Assembly (NCBI GenBank): GCA_963582955.1
Contig: CAUZVF010000025.1
Span: 1-15,832 of the forward strand
DNA: 15,832 nt
Direction: 5' to 3'
Source: Planctomycetota bacterium
GTDB lineage: Bacteria > Planctomycetota > Planctomycetia > Planctomycetales > Planctomycetaceae
How positions within the stretch are numbered: the stretch's first letter is position 1; every line of letters begins with the position of its first letter. The translations under genes were made by a program, and so were the position numbers. The notes beneath the pieces were generated by a model. That model did not search any database, was not told the origin of the DNA, and was given only the letters and a program-made list of their open reading frames with translations. Below are positions 6,812 to 13,410 of this stretch, one piece after another.

Positions 6812-9251
6812 GAGCCTCTCGTCGTTCGGCGCCCAGCATGCAAGTCTGACGATCGGCCAACTCGAACCCGTGCCGGATTGCGATGTTTGCGATACGAGAG
6901 ATCTGATCGGCTGTCAGTGATCCGGCAAATGTCGCATCTCGAACTCCTTCGAATCCCAGCAGGATGCCTTCCGCCATGCAACCAAAAGTGTATCCGTTCG
7001 GGAGCGGAAACCCGTCAATCTCTAAATCCTCACCGAACGGAAGCCGCACGATACCACCCTTGAGAATTTCGATATCGGGGCGCAATTCCGGTGTTTTAGG
7101 ATGAATGCTGCTGGGCACGGAAACGTCGCACACGATCGTGTTCTCGGCAAAGTGAGTTGGCTCCAACGGTGTTTCGACGGTACTCATCGCCGACAGCACC
7201 ACATGCGCATGGCGGATGTCGGTGATTTCGGTCGAGATCTCGGAGTTTGGAATTCTCGACGACAGCTTGTTCAACCGCGCGGCAGAACTTCGCTTGTTAC
7301 TACCGAGCAAGATCGTCCGGCGGAATTCTCGTCCGAGGAATTCGGCGCATGTGCTGCCAATGTTTCCCGCCGCACCGGCAATCGCGAGGACGGAATCTGA
7401 CCGGTTGATCCCACGCTCACGCATTGCGCGATCGATGGCTTGAATCGCCAACGCGATTGCGAAACTGTTTCCGGTCGTCAGGCCCATGTCGGTTACATTC
7501 AGACCACGGCCGTTGCGAGTCGCGATGGACGTGTATTGGCCGAGCGAGACGACGTCACAACCCAAGTGCCGGGCAACCTCGACAGCTTGCTCGATCAGTT
7601 GCTGGCATTGTCCACGCCGTCGCGATTCAATCCTGCGTTTCATCCACGAAGACGTGACTGGCAACATGATGGGATATAAGCGAACGTTTTCGTCCGTGAG
7701 CGAGCGGACATCGACGCCACTCATCACCACGGGACTTGCAAACGTACTGAATCGTTCCAAATAGTCTTTCAGTGATTCGCTCGAAAGATTATCGAATGAC
7801 GGTTCTTGGGCGACGAAGTCGTACACATCGATTCCGTGAAACAACCACGCCACGCGCTTTGGCGGAATGTCGCGTTGTTGCTCACGAAACCGGGATTCAT
7901 TCTTGGCGAACAGTTTCCAATCGGTTTGCAGCCAAGTCGTTGTTGGCTGAGCGGCATCGGCGACTGGTTCCGCGAGGAACTCGGTCAAAGCCACGGCATC
8001 GCCGTCTCGCAGACGCGTGCAGATATCTTCGAGTGCACAAATCAGCCGATCCAAGTCAGCGTCACGGATCAGTACGGACGGCTGAATCCGCAGCGTAAAC
8101 GGATCGCTGAGCGTTGCCGTTGCGCGAATCTGATGCCGATTCAACAAGTATCCCATCAACGCAAAGACAAGGTTGTCCTGAGACGACAGAAATCGCAGCA
8201 CAAAGCTGGAGGAATCGGACAGACGGCGAAATTCAATGCCGATCATCAACCCGGCTCCGCGGACATCGGCGATGATGTCGGGGAATTCTTGTCCAATAGA
8301 CCGCAGCCGGCCAAGTAGCCGATCACCTTTCGAGCGACAAGTGGCAAGAGTCGCCTCGTCGATCAATTCCAGAGTTTTCATCGCCAGGGCGCACGAAAAC
8401 TCGTCTTCCGCAAACGTGCTGGTGTGCAGCAAATCAAACGATTCGTCATAGCGGTCACGACGGATTAACAGCGCCGAAATCTTCGCGACACCTCCGCCGA
8501 GCGATTTGGCCAACAGAATGTAGTCGGGATCGACGCCCAGGTTTTGACACGCCAGGAATCGGCCCGTGCGTCCCGTCCCCGTCTGACATTCGTCAGCGAT
8601 CAACGGTACGTGGTGTTCCGCACACAACTCGGCCGCCCGCTGCAGGAAGGCAGGTTCCAGCAATCGAATGCCACCTTCTCCTTGAATGGGTTCGAAAATG
8701 AAGCCGGCGATTTCTGTCAGTCCGGCGAATGTCGCCTCCAAGTGCGCGATATCGTTGACTCGCACGCGCGCAACGTTCATTCCATTCAGCTTGAACGGTT
8801 TGCGGTAAGTTTCGTTTGCATCGAGCTGGACGGCTCCCAGCGTCTTTCCATGAAACGCGTTTTCGAGGCACACGAAGGTGTGGTTGCCGGTCTCCAGCAT
8901 CGCGTGTTTCATCGCCGCTTCGACGGCTTCGGCACCCGAGTTACCGAAGACCGCACAGAAATCACCGTTGGCACGACGCGACAACTCGGTTGCCAGTTGA
9001 CAGGCGCCTTCACGCATCGAACCCTGCACGTGAAGTGGCCGGCCGCTCGACAGAAATTGTTGTGCCTCGGCGACGAGTGCGGGATGCGAATGTCCTAGTA
9101 ACAGCGAACCGTAACCGCAGACCAGATCAAGCACTTCGGTTTCGATGCCGTTCTCATCACGATAAAAGACGAAATCACCGGCCGCGCGATGATAGACAAC
9201 GTCAAGCCGCAGTGCTTGGAGCAACTTGGATAATCGCGGGTGATGATTCAA
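6795..9251 (-). CDS. Fusion protein: class-III PLP aminotransferase (N-terminal, ~aa 1-425) + acyl-ACP reductase (AAR)-like NAD(P)H/Cys reductase domain (C-terminal, ~aa 466-800)
   Basis: 818 codons with a TTG start at 9251 (AAGGA 7 nt upstream); an alternative TTG lies at 9224. Aminotransferase motifs: GYGSLLLGHSHP, FEPIQGEGG, LIADECQTGTGRTGRF, LLAKSLGGG (PLP Lys at nt 8505-8507). The C-terminal half carries SLGQYTSI, LTTGNSF, the Rossmann motif LAIAGAAGNIGS (nt 7353-7379), FGCMAEGILLGFEG (Cys at nt 6978-6980) and IRHGFE. As I remember the sequence, these match cyanobacterial AAR along its whole length. Stop is TAG at 6795-6797. Confidence 0.85.
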   Translation of the reverse strand: MNHHPRLSKLLQALRLDVVYHRAAGDFVFYRDENGIETEVLDLVCGYGSLLLGHSHPALVAEAQQFLSSGRPLHVQGSMREGACQLATELSRRANGDFCAVFGNSGAEAVEAAMKHAMLETGNHTFVCLENAFHGKTLGAVQLDANETYRKPFKLNGMNVARVRVNDIAHLEATFAGLTEIAGFIFEPIQGEGGIRLLEPAFLQRAAELCAEHHVPLIADECQTGTGRTGRFLACQNLGVDPDYILLAKSLGGGVAKISALLIRRDRYDESFDLLHTSTFAEDEFSCALAMKTLELIDEATLATCRSKGDRLLGRLRSIGQEFPDIIADVRGAGLMIGIEFRRLSDSSSFVLRFLSSQDNLVFALMGYLLNRHQIRATATLSDPFTLRIQPSVLIRDADLDRLICALEDICTRLRDGDAVALTEFLAEPVADAAQPTTTWLQTDWKLFAKNESRFREQQRDIPPKRVAWLFHGIDVYDFVAQEPSFDNLSSESLKDYLERFSTFASPVVMSGVDVRSLTDENVRLYPIMLPVTSSWMKRRIESRRRGQCQQLIEQAVEVARHLGCDVVSLGQYTSIATRNGRGLNVTDMGLTTGNSFAIALAIQAIDRAMRERGINRSDSVLAIAGAAGNIGSTCAEFLGREFRRTILLGSNKRSSAARLNKLSSRIPNSEISTEITDIRHAHVVLSAMSTVETPLEPTHFAENTIVCDVSVPSSIHPKTPELRPDIEILKGGIVRLPFGEDLEIDGFPLPNGYTFGCMAEGILLGFEGVRDATFAGSLTADQISRIANIAIRHGFELADRQTCMLGAERREAHVNTR

Positions 9252-9443
9252 CTCGAAGTCCTTGGTCCGCTACGCAGGATCGCCGTGTTCGAGCCAGCAA
9301 CGGCTGCACTTTTTTTGGCCAGCGATCGCACTGGCGGTTGCAAGATTTCCACAATAACTTCCCATCGGATTCGGTCGCACGAGTTGGCGGTGAAAAAGCG
9401 CGCTATCCAACGAAACAAGACCCGTGGCGGTTTTCGAGCGTTT

Positions 9444-10829
9444 TTACAACGCGGAAAGAACTTCAGAGATCGTCCGATCCAAGATCGAAACGATCTCGTC
9501 GGCCTGTTTCTCGGTCAAAACCAACGGCGGTCCTAGTGCCAGCCAGTTGGGATCGAATCGCGTCAGCAGTCCGTTTTCAAGAGCACGTTGACCGATCTGG
9601 GTGCCGATTGGAAAGTCAAATTGCTCCTTCGTGTCGGGATTGCGCACGAATTCCATCCCAAGAAAGAGCCCTTTGCCGCGGATGTCGCCGATGATGCCAT
9701 GCTTGGAGCCAAGCTGCTCGATGCCTTTTCTCAGATGAGCCCCGACTTGACGCGCGTTCGCGCAAAGATCGCGTTCGACGATTTCAGCCAAGGTTGCCAA
9801 ACCGGCCGCGCTGGAAATCGGATTGCCTTCAAACGTATGCCCCTCGACGAATCCCGGATTGCTGGCCGGATCGCCCCAGAACGCATCGGCAACGTGCTGA
9901 CGGCAAACCAATGCTGACAACGGCGCGTATCCGCCACTGAGACCTTTTCCCAGACAGACCAGATCGGGGATGACGTCGAACGTCTGTGCCGCGAGAAAAT
10001 TGCCCGTTCGCCCCGCCCCCGTGATGATCTCGTCAAATACCAACAGCACATCGTATTTGTCACAGATTTCGCGCAGCATCGGCAGATATTCTTCGGGAGG
10101 ATCGATGATGCCGCCGGTGTGTCCGATCGGTTCGACCATCACGGCCGCCACGGTTTCAGGACCTTCCATTTCGATGACGTCACCGATCAAACTGGCACAT
10201 GTCAATTCGCAAGATGGATATTCTTTGCCGAACGGACATCGGTAACACGTCGGCGGAAACACATGCACGAATCCGCCAGCCAGCGGTTCGTTGACGGCGC
10301 GGCGCGACGCCAGACCGCCGGCCGACAGCGAACCCATCGTGGAGCCATGCCAAGACTGATACCGCGAGACGATTTTGTATTTCGTCGCCTGACCCTGCAG
10401 CTTGAAGTACTGGCGAGCCATTTTGATCGCGGCCTCGGTGGCTTCCGAACCGCCGGACAAGAGTTTGACGGCGTTCAAATCTGCAGGAGCCAACTCGGCG
10501 ATGCGGTTGGCCAGTTGCACGGCCAGCGGATTGGTTCCGTGCATTACTGGAGAAAAACTGAGCACGTCCATTTGTCGCTTGATCGACTCGATCACGCGGC
10601 GGTTGTTGTGTCCGACGCTGACCACATAGATGCCGGAAAGTGCATCAAGATACTGCTTTCCGTTGACGTCCCAATAATGGACGCCGTCGGCTCGCGACAT
10701 GATCAGTGGATTTTTCACAAAGTCGGTCATCTGCGACCGGACGAATATCTTCCGCAGGAATTGCTCTTCCGTCGATTGTGCTTCCGAAATTGTCACGTTC
10801 GTGGTTTCTTCAATCGTGTGTTGATCCAT
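9444..10829 (-). CDS. Class-III aminotransferase (omega-amine:pyruvate/oxoacid transaminase-like, aspartate aminotransferase fold type I)
   Basis: 461 aa; the ATG at 10829 is preceded by AGGAAA. Motifs: YLDALSGIYVVSVGHNN, LLSGGSEATEAAIKMAR, MVEPIGHTGGII, LLVFDEIITGAGRTGNF, PDLVCLGKGLSGGYAPLSA (PLP Lys at nt 9945-9947), HTFEGNPIS. Confidence 0.9.
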   Translation of the reverse strand: MDQHTIEETTNVTISEAQSTEEQFLRKIFVRSQMTDFVKNPLIMSRADGVHYWDVNGKQYLDALSGIYVVSVGHNNRRVIESIKRQMDVLSFSPVMHGTNPLAVQLANRIAELAPADLNAVKLLSGGSEATEAAIKMARQYFKLQGQATKYKIVSRYQSWHGSTMGSLSAGGLASRRAVNEPLAGGFVHVFPPTCYRCPFGKEYPSCELTCASLIGDVIEMEGPETVAAVMVEPIGHTGGIIDPPEEYLPMLREICDKYDVLLVFDEIITGAGRTGNFLAAQTFDVIPDLVCLGKGLSGGYAPLSALVCRQHVADAFWGDPASNPGFVEGHTFEGNPISSAAGLATLAEIVERDLCANARQVGAHLRKGIEQLGSKHGIIGDIRGKGLFLGMEFVRNPDTKEQFDFPIGTQIGQRALENGLLTRFDPNWLALGPPLVLTEKQADEIVSILDRTISEVLSAL

Positions 10830-10856
10830 GAGTTTTTTCCTGGGCGCCTTTCAATT

Positions 10857-11270
10857 TCATAGTGTCACGCCACGCCATTCTTCTTTGTATTCCGTAACAT
10901 CAACGACGTTGCCATCGGGGTCCAACACTTTGAACGACCGGCGCGGCGTCCAATCGTCACCAATCTCGTTTCGCGACTTGACGTCGTCTTTCGAGAACTC
11001 AGCTCCCCAATCGGACAATCGCTGCCAACATTCTTTCAAGTCATCGACGATGACTCCAAAATGAATGTACTCGTTGCCTTCGTCGAGGACTGGCCGCGAG
11101 CAATCATCGGGCTGCTGCAGCAACGTAATGTTGTTCACACCGTCGCTCAGGTCGAGACCGAGTCCGCTCGGCCGGTAGCCGATGAACTTCCAATCGAAAG
11201 CGGTTTCGTAAAATGTGCGGGACTTTTCCATGTCCATGCACCGGATTGCCAGATGTCGTAGTGAAGCCAT
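10857..11270 (-). CDS. VOC (glyoxalase I / bleomycin-resistance / dioxygenase fold) family protein
   Basis: 137 aa; the ATG at 11270 is preceded by GGAG 7 nt upstream. Typical VOC pattern: LRHLAIRCMDMEKSRTFYETAFDWKF at the N-terminus, EYIHFGVIVDDL in the middle, FKVLDPDGNVVDVTE near the C-terminus. Only 27 nt separate it from the downstream aminotransferase gene. Confidence 0.82.
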   Translation of the reverse strand: MASLRHLAIRCMDMEKSRTFYETAFDWKFIGYRPSGLGLDLSDGVNNITLLQQPDDCSRPVLDEGNEYIHFGVIVDDLKECWQRLSDWGAEFSKDDVKSRNEIGDDWTPRRSFKVLDPDGNVVDVTEYKEEWRGVTL

Positions 11271-11584
11271 TGACTGCTCCGTTAAGAGGATCTCTTTCGG
11301 CCATTTCCATCAAAGAGGGCAAATGCACTTGTGATCTGTCAGCCGTCAACCGATGGGTGTCAAAAAGTCACAAGACTTCTGGTTCGAACTTAGCTGTGAC
11401 AAAACACTCGTTTCCGGTTTCAACAATTCTGAACCAATCTCACGAAAATAGAAAGTTGTAGTAGCAGAATATGCCAAGACAGTTTACCATCGGTTCACTG
11501 CCGTTCTGATTTTTGGATATTTTTTTGACCAGCACTGCATCTGGCAATTCTCGGTCTTAGGCGAGATCAGGAAAGGGGCTCAAG
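11271..11584. promoter_or_regulatory. 314-bp divergent intergenic region (promoters for the minus-strand cluster and the plus-strand protease gene)
   Basis: This is the most AT-rich stretch in the window by eye. A T-rich run followed by TTGACC (11525-11530) lies 55 nt upstream of the protease ATG. TTGACA (11358-11363) and TTGACG (11344-11349) hexamers read on the minus strand upstream of the VOC gene. A 7-bp inverted repeat CTTGTGA (11328-11334) / TCACAAG (11368-11374) brackets four GTCA repeats. I could not pair any hexamer with a convincing -10 box. Confidence 0.4.
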
Positions 11585-13312
11585 ATGGCAATCGACGTCA
11601 CTTGCGACAGTTGTTTTTACGAGTTTAGTGTTCAAGACCAGCATGCTGGCAAACGTGGCCGATGTCCTGAATGCGGCGAGAGTGTCATGGTACCGGGTCG
11701 AGCTAGCCGCCCACAACGTCCCGCCCGAGGTGGCGCGTCGCCACCGTCCCGCCGGCCATCGTCGGGCGGCCGAACGAGAAGCGAATCGTCATCGGGATTG
11801 TCGGCTCCGGTCGGCGTGATCGTCGCTGGTTCCATCGCCGCGGTCGCCGTTATTGGATTTCTCGTGTATGCAATGGCTCGTGGCAGCGGCGAAAATAATT
11901 TGCCAGCCGGCGGCCAACAAATTGCCGCGAACGGTGAAAACGGCACTGCATCGAGCAACGATGACAAGTCGTCAGACGCCTCCAAGCGTTCGCAATCGCA
12001 GGGAAGCTCAAAGAGCGGCAATTCTCAGAATTCCAACGGCGCAAAATCGCAAGAAGTTACGTCAAACTCGACGGCGGGTTCATCGATTTCCACCGTTCCC
12101 AACAATCAGTCAGACAATAACAATCCGCAAACAAATGGCGGAGGCAACTCACCGGGCAACTCGGCAAGCAATTCTAGTACCAGTGCGGCTGCAAAAACGA
12201 TGTCAACAAAGGAATTGGTGGCGCTCATAGAGCCATCCGTCGTTCGAGTTAACGCCGTGAACGAAGAGGGCAAGCTCGAATGGCATGGCAGCGGTTTCAT
12301 CATCGAATCATCCGGCGTGATCGCGACGAATCACCATGTCGTTGCCGGGGCACACAAGGTTATTGTTGAATTCTCGGACAAGAAGAGTTACGCCGCCGAA
12401 GGTTACTACAAGATGAATCAGAAGTGCGATATTGCGATCATCAAGGTGAAATTGCCGCCGGGTTATCGGGCGCTTCCGTTAGCGAGTTCTGTGGCCGAGA
12501 AGGGAGAACAGGTTGTGGCCTTTGGGTGTCCGCACGGACTTGATTTCACGATCACCGACGGAACTGTGAGTGCACTTCGGACGTCGGAAGACATGAAGAA
12601 GATGGTTGGCCGCGACGGCACGGGAGAATGGATTCAAACGTCCGCACCGATTTCGTCAGGAAATAGCGGTGGCCCACTGGTCAACATGCAGGGCGAAGTG
12701 ATTGGCATTAACAGCTTGACCAGCACTCGGGGGCAAAACCTGAACTTCGCCATTTCGGCGGCTGATGTCCGTCAAATGTTCGAGTCCCGGGGCGAGACAT
12801 TGGTGGCTCTTTCCCGGGCTACCGAACCGAAAGGTGGCACAAAAACGCCTTCAAAGAAACAAGGGGAAGAATACGCGAAGATGTATCTCGCTCAAATTGA
12901 CTCCGTCTTTATCGGCGTGGCGAAGGAGGGTGACGCCGTCGATAAAAAGTCGCAGGAAAAGATTGGCGAGGCTATCGAAGGTCTTGCCAAACGCACACTC
13001 CGTAAATTAGATATTGGAACGGCTGGAATCATGGCCCAGTTTGGCCCGCGCATGCTCTTTACCGTCGAAGCGTTGGATGGCGCCGAGGCGGGAACCGCCG
13101 AAATCTCAATCGAGGCGGAGCTGATTTATCTTGTGCAGAAGGGTAATCTAATCCAGATCATCCCCCTTTGGAGTATGCGTGCCACTCTGGGGTCCGGGAA
13201 AAAGTTTCGTTTCCGGAAGGATCCGATGAAATACATCGATAAGGGAATGAAGGAATTCTTCCAAAAGATGGAGAACGAGATTCGGGCGGCCCGCAAACGC
13301 GCAGCGGGATAA
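11585..13312 (+). CDS. Membrane-anchored trypsin-like serine protease (S1C/HtrA-type) with N-terminal zinc ribbon, one TM helix, S/N/G-rich linker and an unassigned C-terminal domain
   Basis: 575 aa; the ATG at 11585 is preceded by GGAAAGGGG. The zinc ribbon is CDSC-x16-CPEC (nt 11603-11674). The TM helix is APVGVIVAGSIAAVAVIGFLVYAMA (nt 11804-11878). The low-complexity linker spans aa 100-204. The catalytic triad sits in classic contexts: GVIATNHHVV (His at nt 12335-12337), CDIAIIKV (Asp at nt 12428-12430), TSAPISSGNSGGPLVN (Ser at nt 12665-12667). The C-terminal ~150 aa show no PDZ-like motif. Confidence 0.87.
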   Translation: MAIDVTCDSCFYEFSVQDQHAGKRGRCPECGESVMVPGRASRPQRPARGGASPPSRRPSSGGRTRSESSSGLSAPVGVIVAGSIAAVAVIGFLVYAMARGSGENNLPAGGQQIAANGENGTASSNDDKSSDASKRSQSQGSSKSGNSQNSNGAKSQEVTSNSTAGSSISTVPNNQSDNNNPQTNGGGNSPGNSASNSSTSAAAKTMSTKELVALIEPSVVRVNAVNEEGKLEWHGSGFIIESSGVIATNHHVVAGAHKVIVEFSDKKSYAAEGYYKMNQKCDIAIIKVKLPPGYRALPLASSVAEKGEQVVAFGCPHGLDFTITDGTVSALRTSEDMKKMVGRDGTGEWIQTSAPISSGNSGGPLVNMQGEVIGINSLTSTRGQNLNFAISAADVRQMFESRGETLVALSRATEPKGGTKTPSKKQGEEYAKMYLAQIDSVFIGVAKEGDAVDKKSQEKIGEAIEGLAKRTLRKLDIGTAGIMAQFGPRMLFTVEALDGAEAGTAEISIEAELIYLVQKGNLIQIIPLWSMRATLGSGKKFRFRKDPMKYIDKGMKEFFQKMENEIRAARKRAAG

Positions 13313-13410
13313 CGTCGCCAATCGATTTGGACAGAGACAAACTTTCGACAGCGTTCCCGCTGGATTTCACCGCCGGGCTGTTACATTTCCGGGCCGTCAA
13401 CTTTGCTCGC

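Noticed and set aside
6795-9251. Reading the fusion as HemL-HemA (glutamate-1-semialdehyde aminomutase fused to glutamyl-tRNA reductase).
   Set aside because: The logic is attractive: a class-III PLP enzyme plus a Cys/NADPH reductase with a shikimate-DH-like Rossmann domain. But the reductase half lacks the HemA N-terminal catalytic region as I remember it, and it matches AAR motifs throughout. The aminotransferase half looks ArgD/GabT-like rather than HemL-like.
8816-9694. 292-aa plus-strand ORF; also similar long ORFs at 10119-10862 (+), 8544-9098 (+), 7806-8318 (+), 13810-14448 (+), 13694-14206 (+), 1584-2249 (+), 2239-2826 (+), 4691-5245 (+) and 4498-5055 (-).
   Set aside because: All lie antisense to, or out of frame within, strongly supported genes. 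They are Arg/Ser/Pro/His-rich with no recognisable motifs. These are typical shadow ORFs of GC-rich coding DNA.
10197-10250. The four-cysteine stretch PPTCYRCPFGKEYPSCELTC in the 461-aa aminotransferase as a possible metal or redox site.
   Set aside because: As I recall, a CYRCP-type motif is a common signature of one subgroup of class-III transaminases. By itself it is not evidence of novelty.
11381-11389. GGTTCGAAC, a tRNA T-loop-like string, in the divergent intergenic region.
   Set aside because: The flanking bases do not form a T-stem. No acceptor, D or anticodon arms can be built. It is simply an 8-bp palindrome (GTTCGAAC).
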